Sequence record: OP589283.1 | DNA length: 64,000 nucleotides | Strand: one strand, 5' to 3' | Shown here: positions 49,943-59,295 of the stretch, in pieces | Layout: the number at the start of each line of letters is the position of its first letter | Numbering within the stretch: position 1 is the stretch's first letter | Position numbers and translations under genes: made by a program | The notes under the pieces: generated by a model | The model's database searches: none | Told to the model about the DNA's origin: nothing | Seen by the model: only the letters and a program-made list of their open reading frames with translations

Positions 49943-51049
49943 CCCAAGAGAACCAGCTTCAGTAACGGCCAAGCATCTCAAATCATGGCGTCATCAGGTT
50001 ATCAAGTTAACCCAATGCGCACAGGTTATGAGGTAGTCATGCCACATCGAAACTACGACCTTTACACTAAGGTTGCTGAACAAGATGGGGTGGTTACTGA
50101 AGTTACCGATAAATATTTATTGGTAACTTATAAAGACGGTTCGACAGACACCTACTTGTTAGGTTATGAAGTGGGTTCTGCGGCAGGTGAGTATCATAAG
50201 CACAATAAAGTAACCGATTTAAAAGTAGGTGATAAATTCAAAGCCGGAGAGGTGATTGGATTTAACGATGTGTGGTTTGCTCGTGACTTCTATAATCCAG
50301 GGCAAGTGGCTGCTAAAACAGGTATCTTGACAGGTGTTGCGTTAACCCAAGGGATTAACGTTTACGAAGACAGTATTAGTATTAGTGCTGATTTCGCTAA
50401 AAAGTCAAGCTCCAGCTTCATTAAGCAGATTAGCTTTAGTGCGGCTTTAAAAGACACCATCGTTGAAAAAATCAAAGTGGGGCAAACAGTCGATCATGAC
50501 CAAGTGTTATTTGAGGTCATTGAAGAGAGTGTTGCAGCACTTAACGATGAGAATGAGGACGCGGCTGATATTAACCGTTTAGGCATTCGACAAGTTAAGA
50601 GTAACCACCACGGTGTGATTAAAAAGGTCGAGGTTTCCTACAATGGTGATTATGCTGATATGAGCAGTTCAGTCTTGAAGTTTGTTAAACCTAAAGACAA
50701 AGAAGTTGCTGACTTAGCAAAAGTCACTAAAAGCAAGATTGTTGACAACCGAGTATCAGGTGGTAAAAACGTTCCTCCTGGTCGTATCAAAGTCCGTGTC
50801 TACATTGATGCGGAAGAAAGCAGTGTGGTTGCTGACAAATTTGTAGTGGGTAACCAAATGAAATGTACTGTTAACAGTATTTACACTAAGCGCATGTACA
50901 CTCAATCTGGTATTCCAATTGACCTCACATTCAGTTATAAGAGTTTGTTTGGTCGGATGGTATTGAGTTTACGTGATAAGTTAGTGGGTAACCAGTTAAC
51001 TGAAATCGTTTCAAAACAATTTGTTGATATTTACAGGGGTGAACAATGA
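49943..51049 (+). CDS. virion RNA polymerase beta subunit, exon 2
   Basis: PKRTSF, YEDSISIS (equivalent of bacterial FEDSI) and DKFVVGNQMKCTV (equivalent of GDKMAGRHGNKG). Confidence 0.88.
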   Translation, partial: PKRTSFSNGQASQIMASSGYQVNPMRTGYEVVMPHRNYDLYTKVAEQDGVVTEVTDKYLLVTYKDGSTDTYLLGYEVGSAAGEYHKHNKVTDLKVGDKFKAGEVIGFNDVWFARDFYNPGQVAAKTGILTGVALTQGINVYEDSISISADFAKKSSSSFIKQISFSAALKDTIVEKIKVGQTVDHDQVLFEVIEESVAALNDENEDAADINRLGIRQVKSNHHGVIKKVEVSYNGDYADMSSSVLKFVKPKDKEVADLAKVTKSKIVDNRVSGGKNVPPGRIKVRVYIDAEESSVVADKFVVGNQMKCTVNSIYTKRMYTQSGIPIDLTFSYKSLFGRMVLSLRDKLVGNQLTEIVSKQFVDIYRGEQ

Positions 51050-51915
51050 GTATTGTAAAAGACAACTCGGTTAAAAAGATTCAATCTGCATTAGCCGAGT
51101 GTGAGTTGTACAAGTCAAAGATTGACGGCGCGTGGGGTGGTGGTAGCACTACTGCATTCACTACCTTAGTAAGAGGGATGTCTGACAGTGTCGAAATTCA
51201 GTTTACTGATGTCAAAGATGACAATGCTGTTATTTGTGACGTTCAACGCGTATTGAAAGGGATTGGGTTGTACCAAGGTGCTGTAGATGGCGCGTGGGGC
51301 AAAGGCTGTGTAAATGCTATGGATAACCTCGTTAATCATTACAAACGCAATCACGGTTTACCTACTTATGATTTACCTTGGAGTAAATCCGTCTCCCCTG
51401 AATTTATTAACCAGATTTACGTATTAGCACGTGAACACGGCTACTCTTATGAGTGGACACAATGGCTGATGTCATGCATGCATTTTGAAACAGGTGGGAC
51501 TTTCAGTTCTACTATTCAAAATGGTGCAGGTGCTAAATATTTTGGATTAATTCAATTTGGCACTGCTGCTGCATCTGATTTGGGAACCACCGTTGAAGAA
51601 TTGACCAAGTTAACCCCGGTAGAACAATTACACTGGGTGTTCGCTTACTTCAATTTATGGCGTAAGCGTGGCAAAACTTACACTCAATTAGAAGACTTGT
51701 ATCTTACCATTTTTTATCCTGCTGCGGTAGGTAAAAATGCGGACACAGTTATCTTCTTAAAAGACACTGTGGGTTATCGTCAAAACAACGGGTTTGATTT
51801 CGATAAGAACGGGGAGATTACCGTAGGTGAAATCTGCGATCGTATCTATAAAGTTCATTTCGATGGGCTTTTACCTATTAACCGCCGAGTACAAAAGGGT
51901 GTAACATGGAATTAG
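51046..51915 (+). CDS. modular endolysin: two peptidoglycan-binding repeats plus lysozyme-like catalytic domain
   Basis: DGAWGGGS and DGAWGKGC repeats; MHFETGGTF, FGLIQFG, EQLHWV and YLTIFYPA motifs. Confidence 0.85.
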   Translation: MSIVKDNSVKKIQSALAECELYKSKIDGAWGGGSTTAFTTLVRGMSDSVEIQFTDVKDDNAVICDVQRVLKGIGLYQGAVDGAWGKGCVNAMDNLVNHYKRNHGLPTYDLPWSKSVSPEFINQIYVLAREHGYSYEWTQWLMSCMHFETGGTFSSTIQNGAGAKYFGLIQFGTAAASDLGTTVEELTKLTPVEQLHWVFAYFNLWRKRGKTYTQLEDLYLTIFYPAAVGKNADTVIFLKDTVGYRQNNGFDFDKNGEITVGEICDRIYKVHFDGLLPINRRVQKGVTWN

Positions 51916-52091
51916 AAGAATTAGAAGTCGGTGCTGTGCGTGGCGCTTTGCTAGTGCGCATGGTATCGCTGGTATTAGCCAAGGCAGGTTATGAACATGC
52001 CGAACCACTCCCCGTTGAAGAAATTCAAGGGATCGTTATTCAACATGCTGGTTATGAATCAGCATCTGAATCTGAGGTGTATCCATGTTAA
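51906..52091 (+). CDS. small hypothetical protein
   Basis: 61-aa ORF bridging the endolysin and the 52085 gene, overlapping both. Confidence 0.5.
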   Translation: MELEELEVGAVRGALLVRMVSLVLAKAGYEHAEPLPVEEIQGIVIQHAGYESASESEVYPC

Positions 52092-53560
52092 CTAAAGCAG
52101 ACTTTTTGTGTGGTACGTTAATCGCACCTCAGAAAATCAAGTTTTCAAAAACCTCATTAATGAGCAACCTTGAAGAACTGCTTCACTTGCAGGGTGACTA
52201 TAGTACTTTTACTACTCAAGCCGCCGAACAAACTAAAGACCCTGAGTTTATTGGTCTAGCTGAAGAAGTTGCCCAAAACATTGCTGATGAATTAGTTCAA
52301 TCGGTGCTGCGTATCAAAGAACACGTGGTGCCTGTATTAAACCAAATCGTTAGAAATGTGGTTGATGGTTTTTCATCAGGTCGTATTCTGGAAAAAACCA
52401 TTTCTGGTTTAAACACCAACTTTGGTTGTCTTGACAATCCGTTCTTCGACAGTGACCTTTTCCCAACGGGTCGTAAGTCAACTGTATTGTCATATGAACG
52501 TTTACAGTTGCGTGGTGAGTTCCCTGACGGTATGATTGACGACGTAGAACTGACTGAAGAATTAATTTCTCAGTTCGTGGTTAAACACCCTGTTATCACA
52601 CGTCTGTTCAATGACCCTGATGAAGACTATCGTGAAGCTATCCGTTTTATTCATTCTCGCGAATGGTGGAGCCGTCATTTTGGTGAAAACAACGGTGAAT
52701 ACTGTCAATTCAACAAAGTGGAATATTTTGATTTAAATGCCATCTTCCGCGTGTATGTGGTATTAAGTCGTATCCGTGCGAGTGAATCATTGTTGCTTCC
52801 TGTAAAGGGTGTTTCACTTGAGCGTTACAAAACACTGATTAACGATTTATGGGAAGGTATGAACGTTTACCTACCTATGTTGAAAATCATGTGTGACCAT
52901 TACCGTAAAGAAGGTTTAGTTATTCGTCAGAAAAGCAAGTTTGAGTTATACGAAGGAACTTTTGACGGTATCAAAATGAAAGTTCTTCATGGTGACTGTG
53001 ATATTCTCTATTCAAGAAAATACGCTACTCACATTGATGACAACGGTAGCTCACTCGCCGAAGTTGCGTACAACTACATTCTACACATCATCGAATCCGG
53101 TGGTCGTCCGAACGTGAGTGCGTTAGCATTCGTGGGTATGAACGAAGGTACTTTCGGTGAACACGTACCGTTGGAAGCACTACTTCGTAGCAATATGGCT
53201 GCTTGCCGTGAAAAAGCAAGTGACCTCATCAATTTAAATGCGCGGGTGTTAATCACTAAAAAGCTTGCTGAAATGGGAATTGAGAATCCCGATTTAAAAC
53301 CACTAGATCATTTCTACATTGAAGGTGGTTCTATTAATGGCCTCAATATCGAGTCACTGGATATTCACTCCTCCATTATGTCTTCTGGTATCGGTGGTGT
53401 TCTACTGGGCCTGATGGGCTACCGTAATGCTGAAAAATTACTTTCATTTGTTCGTCATGAAATGGAAAGTGAACACGGTAAAACAAAAGCCATGGCACGT
53501 GCTTATGCCGCTTTTGCGGTATGGTATCTAACCCGTCATAACGAAGCCTTAGTGGGTTAA
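52085..53560 (+). CDS. putative virion structural protein (491 aa)
   Basis: GAGG SD; lies in the head-gene operon upstream of the protease. Confidence 0.7.
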   Translation: MLTKADFLCGTLIAPQKIKFSKTSLMSNLEELLHLQGDYSTFTTQAAEQTKDPEFIGLAEEVAQNIADELVQSVLRIKEHVVPVLNQIVRNVVDGFSSGRILEKTISGLNTNFGCLDNPFFDSDLFPTGRKSTVLSYERLQLRGEFPDGMIDDVELTEELISQFVVKHPVITRLFNDPDEDYREAIRFIHSREWWSRHFGENNGEYCQFNKVEYFDLNAIFRVYVVLSRIRASESLLLPVKGVSLERYKTLINDLWEGMNVYLPMLKIMCDHYRKEGLVIRQKSKFELYEGTFDGIKMKVLHGDCDILYSRKYATHIDDNGSSLAEVAYNYILHIIESGGRPNVSALAFVGMNEGTFGEHVPLEALLRSNMAACREKASDLINLNARVLITKKLAEMGIENPDLKPLDHFYIEGGSINGLNIESLDIHSSIMSSGIGGVLLGLMGYRNAEKLLSFVRHEMESEHGKTKAMARAYAAFAVWYLTRHNEALVG

Positions 53561-53562
53561 TC

Positions 53563-54297
53563 ATGGATTATCTTTCCCTTCCTCGAAAACCTGAGATGTT
53601 AGAAAAAACACTTCAGGTGCAAGAAGATGGGTCAGTTATTGCGTTGCGTAAACTCGAGGTACATCTCCTACAGCGTTGGGAAGAAAGTTGGTTCACCACT
53701 GTAGGAGAAACAGTATCATCGTATTTAGTTGCGGGAATTGTTACTGAAGATTACTTCTTTAGTTTAACGGCGTTACTACAAGTCGAATTCTTGCCAAGAG
53801 ACATGGAAGTCAAAACGATTGACACTGGTGCTAAACGAGAAAACTATAACGTATTGTTGTTTGAAAAGGGTGACGTGGTGATTGAAAACATCAACGTTAT
53901 GCGAGATAACAACGCTGCGTATAAGTACTTCACTGAGTTTAAGAAATTTGCACGGGTTCCTTGGTACGTTGATAATAACACACTTTCAGGGTTATTTGAT
54001 AATGCTGCCGAGGAATGTGGCGGACGGGTAGGGATTAAACCTCAAGCTATTCGTGTGTACGACGCATTCCAATATCGTGACCCTGACAACTATAATACCC
54101 CTTACCGTTATAGTAAAGCAATGCTGGAAGGTCGTCCTCCGGTTATTGTTGGATTAAACAACGTCAGTATGCTGGTAGAAAGCACCATGGCAAAATCGAT
54201 GGGTGGGTATCTCAATCAATCAACTATCGCTGCTATTGTTAATCCTTCCGACAGGGTGACAATCACAGAGAAAGTTATTAAAGGGGCAATAGACTAA
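53563..54297 (+). CDS. putative virion structural protein
   Basis: Tightly packed in the same operon. Confidence 0.7.
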   Translation: MDYLSLPRKPEMLEKTLQVQEDGSVIALRKLEVHLLQRWEESWFTTVGETVSSYLVAGIVTEDYFFSLTALLQVEFLPRDMEVKTIDTGAKRENYNVLLFEKGDVVIENINVMRDNNAAYKYFTEFKKFARVPWYVDNNTLSGLFDNAAEECGGRVGIKPQAIRVYDAFQYRDPDNYNTPYRYSKAMLEGRPPVIVGLNNVSMLVESTMAKSMGGYLNQSTIAAIVNPSDRVTITEKVIKGAID

Positions 54298-54298
54298 T

Positions 54299-55180
54299 AT
54301 GGCTAGTGCTAATCGCATTGTTACAGTAGGTAACAACCTACTTGCGGGAAGTGGTAAACGTGGGGTGTTGCGTCCTATAGACGATGATAGCCCATTCCCT
54401 TATTACAAACTTCGTGCGGGTGGGTTTAACATTAAAAACCGTGTGGGTATCACCTACACTTTAAACGAGTACATTAAAGAATGTTCTCGTGAAGGCAGTG
54501 ACTTTCACCGTCGGGTTACGATGGGACAAATGTTTGGGGAGTTAGGTCACCCTAAACAATACTACCTTGAAAAAAAGAACGGTCAAGTAGTACGTACACA
54601 AATCACCGATGTTTTTGAATGGATTATGCGTCTTAAGACAATTGATGAATCAAATGTTGCAATGCATATTCGTAAAGTCCACTTTATTTTCACAGGTGGT
54701 GACCGAGACCCGGTCTTTAACGATATCGAAGTGTGCGGTCACGGACCTTGGAAGGATGTGTTCAATTCTGCTATGGAGAACCCGGATATTAATGGGGCAG
54801 TCAGTATTCGTACTGTAACCAAACCTCAAGCCCCGGGCGCTACAGAACGTGAAGTGGACTACTGGTCAGCTTATGACCTTGTCCTTGAACAGGGTATGCT
54901 TGATGCTTGTAAACATTTACAAGCAGGTTTAGAAAGTTTAATCACCTCTCCATTTGTTTCATTAACCAACGATGGCATTGAAGTTTCTGCTGACTCATTA
55001 ATCGATTTATGTGAACGTGAGTTAAATAACGTAGTAAACATTGAACGCTATCAAGGTAACGAAAGCTTTATATCGTTACAAGGTTTAATCGAAACATTAA
55101 AAAGCAATGAGTATTACAACGCCCACAAAGGCACTACTCATCGTTTTAAAGGTGTGTCTGGTTTAGAAGCCTTCTTGTAA
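54299..55180 (+). CDS. prohead (head maturation) serine protease, phiKZ gp175-like
   Basis: MFGELGHP (His), GAVSIRT (Ser) and AYDLV (Asp) motifs of the T4 gp21/phiKZ gp175 family. Confidence 0.85.
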   Translation: MASANRIVTVGNNLLAGSGKRGVLRPIDDDSPFPYYKLRAGGFNIKNRVGITYTLNEYIKECSREGSDFHRRVTMGQMFGELGHPKQYYLEKKNGQVVRTQITDVFEWIMRLKTIDESNVAMHIRKVHFIFTGGDRDPVFNDIEVCGHGPWKDVFNSAMENPDINGAVSIRTVTKPQAPGATEREVDYWSAYDLVLEQGMLDACKHLQAGLESLITSPFVSLTNDGIEVSADSLIDLCERELNNVVNIERYQGNESFISLQGLIETLKSNEYYNAHKGTTHRFKGVSGLEAFL

Positions 55181-55187
55181 TCAACCC

Positions 55188-55223
55188 TACTCTTACCGTA
55201 TCTGAAAAGATACGGTAAGAGTA
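55188..55223. terminator. 16-bp perfect hairpin with GAAA tetraloop
   Basis: TACTCTTACCGTATCT-GAAA-AGATACGGTAAGAGTA. Confidence 0.7.
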
Positions 55224-55273
55224 TTATTATGTGAGGAATTTTTTAACACACCTATTATGTTTAAGGAAAGAAG

Positions 55274-56092
55274 ATGACAACATTTAATTTGAAAACACTG
55301 GCCAATGTAACCGTTGTTACCGAATTTGCAAACGCTCGTTTACAACTCGAAGGAATAGTTTCCTTATTCAACGATATGCAAAAGATGTGGTTTGGTTTAC
55401 ACGACCAACAAGGCAACCACTTCATCATCGGAGTAAACCTCGCCCACACTAAAACCGATGCTTGCAAAGGTTACGCAAGTGAATTAATCGTGCGTTATTT
55501 TAACGCGCACGGTATGACTTTACAAAGCTGGTCTCCTGAAAGTCTTCGTACTCAATCTCGTGACCGTGAAGGTGGCTTAGCGGCTATTGGGGTACAAACT
55601 TATCAAAAGCACGAAGATTTGTTTAAATGGGTTATGTCATTTGTGATTGGTGTTGACCCACTTTTGGTGGATGCTGCATTTGCGTTAAGAGATGGAAACT
55701 ACCGTTTAAGTAGCATCTACTTGGTTTATTGGATACTCAACCGTCATAAATTTATTGTCACTTCAACGGAATATGACGAATTCCGTAAACCTGATTTAAA
55801 ACAAGTGGAATACAATTGGCCAACATTGGTGCGGAACACAGAGTTATTGCGTCGTGAAAACATCAGTGTCATGTTTGAGCGTTTAATAGAAGCCGCTAAA
55901 GACGAACGTTATGCCGATTTAGAAAAAGATGATTTCTTAGATGCGGTGTTGGTGAACACTGTAATGGAGCCTACGTTTGAGCAGGCGTCTTCTCAGAATC
56001 CCATCAATGCTAAAACAGTGGTAATCGCTGCCGATGACCCAGACCCGGTTAAGGCTGTTGCTGAAGCCCGTGAAGAATCATTAAAATCATAG
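55274..56092 (+). CDS. hypothetical protein
   Basis: AAGGA SD; 272 aa. Confidence 0.75.
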   Translation: MTTFNLKTLANVTVVTEFANARLQLEGIVSLFNDMQKMWFGLHDQQGNHFIIGVNLAHTKTDACKGYASELIVRYFNAHGMTLQSWSPESLRTQSRDREGGLAAIGVQTYQKHEDLFKWVMSFVIGVDPLLVDAAFALRDGNYRLSSIYLVYWILNRHKFIVTSTEYDEFRKPDLKQVEYNWPTLVRNTELLRRENISVMFERLIEAAKDERYADLEKDDFLDAVLVNTVMEPTFEQASSQNPINAKTVVIAADDPDPVKAVAEAREESLKS

Positions 56093-56104
56093 AAAAGAAC
56101 AGGT

Positions 56105-56121
56105 CTACATTACTTACCTGA
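56105..56121 (+). promoter_or_regulatory. putative early promoter variant CTACATTACTTACCTGA
   Basis: GTCTACATTAC resembles GTCTATATCAC at 25875 and 63933. Confidence 0.45.
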
Positions 56122-56176
56122 CAGACTGAGCAAGCGCTCACGTAGTGGACACCACTACTTTTGTTTAGTCAGGTAA
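56114..56176 (+). ncRNA. candidate structured leader RNA (three-way junction)
   Basis: TTACCTGAC/GTCAGGTAA closing stem enclosing TGAGC/GCTCA and GTAGTGG/CCACTAC hairpins. Confidence 0.4.
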
Positions 56177-56211
56177 TTATAATTATTTTCTTTCTTTTTA
56201 AGGATATCACG

Positions 56212-56661
56212 ATGTCTATCACCAAAGCATTCAAAAAACACATGACCACTTTAACTGCTCAAATCGCAGAATCAGCGGACATCAATACCGCAACTAACAC
56301 CGTTAACTTCTCACTTGAAAAAGTCGAGATGCCTGAGGGTGTGACTAAAGAAAGTTTAGGTGTGCACGTTAACTTTATTAATGACTTATCTGCGGGCGTT
56401 GAAAGTTCTACAGCGGATATCGCCAGAACCATGTTTGCCGACAATGACAAACTCACCACTGTCGACTCGTCGTTAGTTGTGTGCGATGGTTTAACCATTC
56501 GTTCTCAGCATCACCTGAAACAAACATTGGGTGACGACAACTTCCTGTACGGTGAGTCCACCACAGTGATTGGTTTTGAAGGCACTGAAGAGCAAGCCAA
56601 GTGGCTAAGCGACATGCAAGAACACAGCAAAACCCTAGCACGCAATTTGTTCAATAAGTAG
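56212..56661 (+). CDS. hypothetical protein
   Basis: ATG 56212 behind AAGGA. Confidence 0.75.
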   Translation: MSITKAFKKHMTTLTAQIAESADINTATNTVNFSLEKVEMPEGVTKESLGVHVNFINDLSAGVESSTADIARTMFADNDKLTTVDSSLVVCDGLTIRSQHHLKQTLGDDNFLYGESTTVIGFEGTEEQAKWLSDMQEHSKTLARNLFNK

Positions 56662-56669
56662 TAAATCAT

Positions 56670-56700
56670 TAACTCTAGGAGCATTACGCTCCTAGAGTTA
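56670..56700. terminator. 13-bp perfect hairpin
   Basis: TAACTCTAGGAGC-ATTAC-GCTCCTAGAGTTA. Confidence 0.65.
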
Positions 56701-56732
56701 TGTTATGCGTTATTTTATTTAGGGATTAAATT

Positions 56733-57155
56733 ATGAACAACATTTCTACGTGGAAAGTTTCTTACCGAACGATGCTGTTATTTATCAGTATCTTCTTTTG
56801 GATGTTTGCAACCGCTTCAGAAAACCGCGATAAAACAACCTTTACTGGTACTGACTCTGCGGGCATTGTTTGGGAGTTAGAAGAAAGTTCGGGGGATTTA
56901 GTTGTTTCCCGTACTTACCCAAATGGTACTACGGTTTCAGTTAGAACAACTGATATCATGTGTAACCAAATGGAAAGCGACGAGCAACTGGTGACAACCA
57001 TGGATTTAGAAATACATGATATTTATTTCTTATTCCACAAGCATGTCGATAAAGTTAACCAAAAAGTGCAGCACCGCATTCAACTCAGCCAAGATAAACG
57101 AAGTCAGCTTTCTGTCTTTAAAAATGTAGGTGGGGATTTTTGTTTATCTAACTAA
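56733..57155 (+). CDS. putative exported or membrane-anchored protein
   Basis: Basic N-terminus, hydrophobic MLLFISIFFWMF, then an ATA-like cleavage site. Confidence 0.65.
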   Translation: MNNISTWKVSYRTMLLFISIFFWMFATASENRDKTTFTGTDSAGIVWELEESSGDLVVSRTYPNGTTVSVRTTDIMCNQMESDEQLVTTMDLEIHDIYFLFHKHVDKVNQKVQHRIQLSQDKRSQLSVFKNVGGDFCLSN

Positions 57156-57165
57156 AGGGCGTGTC

Positions 57166-57459
57166 ATGTTCACAGGTTATCGTAAATCAGTTGTTTTTCT
57201 TTTTGACAATATCCATCAAGATGATGTTTGGATGCTTGCAAGAATAATGCGTTATAGTTTACGCTATGAATTATCATTACTTGACTCATTAGAAAAGATT
57301 CCTCATTATGACCATGAACGACTGAAGCCAATTCTTCAGCAACATGATTTCATTGCGGAAATTAAGTCTTTAATTGTCGGCGTACCAAACACAGCTAAGT
57401 TTGCTGTTTCACCCCGTAATGAAACAGAGAAAACGTTTTCCATTACTGTTAGTTATTGA
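57166..57459 (+). CDS. hypothetical protein
   Basis: ATG 57166 behind AAGGG. Confidence 0.65.
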   Translation: MFTGYRKSVVFLFDNIHQDDVWMLARIMRYSLRYELSLLDSLEKIPHYDHERLKPILQQHDFIAEIKSLIVGVPNTAKFAVSPRNETEKTFSITVSY

Positions 57460-57473
57460 TACTGGAGTTAATC

Positions 57474-57635
57474 ATGTCTGAAGAAGTTTGTGCTGTAGAA
57501 AATTGCAATGAGCCTGCCACAGTAGACATCACTGTTAAAGAAGGCGAACAAACTCACAATGTAAAAATTTGTCAGAAGTGCTGGGAAGATTTAAACTTTA
57601 ACAATGTGTTATTGAAATTTAAACCTTTTAAATAA
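57474..57635 (+). CDS. 53-aa zinc-finger microprotein (not in ORF track)
   Basis: GGAG SD; MSEEVCAVENCNEPATVDITVKEGEQTHNVKICQKCWEDL...; C-x4-C and C-x2-C. Confidence 0.7.
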   Translation: MSEEVCAVENCNEPATVDITVKEGEQTHNVKICQKCWEDLNFNNVLLKFKPFK

Positions 57636-57646
57636 CGGTCGTGTCG

Positions 57647-57678
57647 TACTCTCCTAAGGTTGATTCCTTAGGAGAGTA
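57647..57678. terminator. 13-bp perfect hairpin
   Basis: TACTCTCCTAAGG-TTGATT-CCTTAGGAGAGTA. Confidence 0.65.
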
Positions 57679-57698
57679 TCTTTAAAGGAATAATCGCT

Positions 57699-58439
57699 AT
57701 GTTATTATTTAAATATTATTTGTGTGCTTTATTGGCTCATTTTTCCCCTGTTCGATTTAACGATAAAAAAGACGCATTTGGAAAAAGAATTGTTAGACGG
57801 ATATTAAACTCGGATATTTATTATTCGAGACTCCAACATCTTCGTAATAATAAGCCTGGTGATTACACTAGAAAACACACTATCTTGGAAGATTATTTGC
57901 AACATTTACTCGGAGAGGTTATCAAAGGTGACACCGACCTTTGTGAGTCCAATAGTGTACTTGAAGAATTATTCAGACCCTTTAAAACAAAATTAAGTAG
58001 AATGTTGTTTGCAAAACTATTATTGGAAGACACTGACTATCAATATTACCATTTAACAGAGGATACAGTTCCCACGGACTATTGGTATTACAATGTTGAA
58101 GAACGAGTCACTGCTGTTAAGTTTTGGTTTAAAGGTATTCCTGAACATTCCAGAATACACTCTTATTTAAACAAACGAAAGAAACTCATGTTTGCGGATA
58201 ATATTTTAAGCGAACTTTTTTCAGTTTTAGAAGACGGTGTTGAACCCGGGGTATTAACCAAACATTATTTTTCAAAATGTCATAATCGGGAACAAGTTAT
58301 CCACACGGCAAAACATTTAATTCAAAAACATGTAATCGCCACCATAGGTAACCACTTGTTTAATATTACTTCGACGGACAGTGCGTTGTCTTTCTTTTAC
58401 CATTATCAAAAGGAGCTACACAGAGTATGCGATTATTAA
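57699..58439 (+). CDS. hypothetical protein
   Basis: AAGGA SD; 246 aa. Confidence 0.7.
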   Translation: MLLFKYYLCALLAHFSPVRFNDKKDAFGKRIVRRILNSDIYYSRLQHLRNNKPGDYTRKHTILEDYLQHLLGEVIKGDTDLCESNSVLEELFRPFKTKLSRMLFAKLLLEDTDYQYYHLTEDTVPTDYWYYNVEERVTAVKFWFKGIPEHSRIHSYLNKRKKLMFADNILSELFSVLEDGVEPGVLTKHYFSKCHNREQVIHTAKHLIQKHVIATIGNHLFNITSTDSALSFFYHYQKELHRVCDY

Positions 58440-59293
58440 AACGATTTGATGAGCCGCTCTTCAGTTATGTTTCATTGGTTGAAAAAGAATTCAACAAACA
58501 CTTGTCTAAAGAGAAAATAGTTTCTTTGTTAAATGAAGTCCCTTCTTCTCATTACCGTGATTACGTCATTGAAGAGATGGATAAAGTGTCAGGTGGGTTT
58601 ATTTGTCCTGTTGAAAATAAATACATTTCCCCCACTCCTCAAGTATTGGTGCATGGTGTTTATTTTAAACACATCAACCCCTCTCACTCAGGAATCGTGG
58701 ACAGTTTTATCCTTCCTGTACATGACATCAGCAAAGAAACTAAAACAACTATTGAATGGGAAATTTATAAAGCAATAAGGTCAATTCGAAAACCTTCTTT
58801 AAGAATGTTATCCGATGACGTCTATAATTGGCTAAACAAAATCTTGTTTGGTTATAGTTCCCGTTTACTTAAAGTGGATTTTACTTTAGAAAAGAACATC
58901 ATCGTAGCGACATTGCGATTAGTGAATCCAGGTGAAGTAAATCCTGATATCACTATACTGTGTCGTCGTGATGGTCGATTCAAAGAACATTATCAAGACC
59001 TTGTTGCAGGTAGTGATATGTTAGAAGTTCACGATATCTATTTAAAAGCCAACGGATTTTTAAATATCCGTCAAGTTAAAGAAAAGAAAACGGTTTTAGT
59101 AAGAGGTAACATTATGTCAAGAGTGGCAGAAATGAAGAATACTGGATATCCCAATTATGCGACATTGCAAAACGGAATAGCCACAATAAGTAATTTCATT
59201 AACTCACCTACTGATTTGTGCACGCTAACCTCTCTAGAACGTTCTATTTTGAATGAAGCGTGTGATTACACCCCTTGGGTAAGGAGATATTAA
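58427..59293 (+). CDS. hypothetical protein
   Basis: AGGAG SD, overlaps the previous gene. Confidence 0.7.
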   Translation: MRLLKRFDEPLFSYVSLVEKEFNKHLSKEKIVSLLNEVPSSHYRDYVIEEMDKVSGGFICPVENKYISPTPQVLVHGVYFKHINPSHSGIVDSFILPVHDISKETKTTIEWEIYKAIRSIRKPSLRMLSDDVYNWLNKILFGYSSRLLKVDFTLEKNIIVATLRLVNPGEVNPDITILCRRDGRFKEHYQDLVAGSDMLEVHDIYLKANGFLNIRQVKEKKTVLVRGNIMSRVAEMKNTGYPNYATLQNGIATISNFINSPTDLCTLTSLERSILNEACDYTPWVRRY

Positions 59294-59295
59294 AA

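Noticed and set aside
56114-56176. Hammerhead ribozyme interpretation of the three-way junction
   Set aside because: Lacks the CUGANGA and GAAA core and the NUH cleavage triplet geometry.
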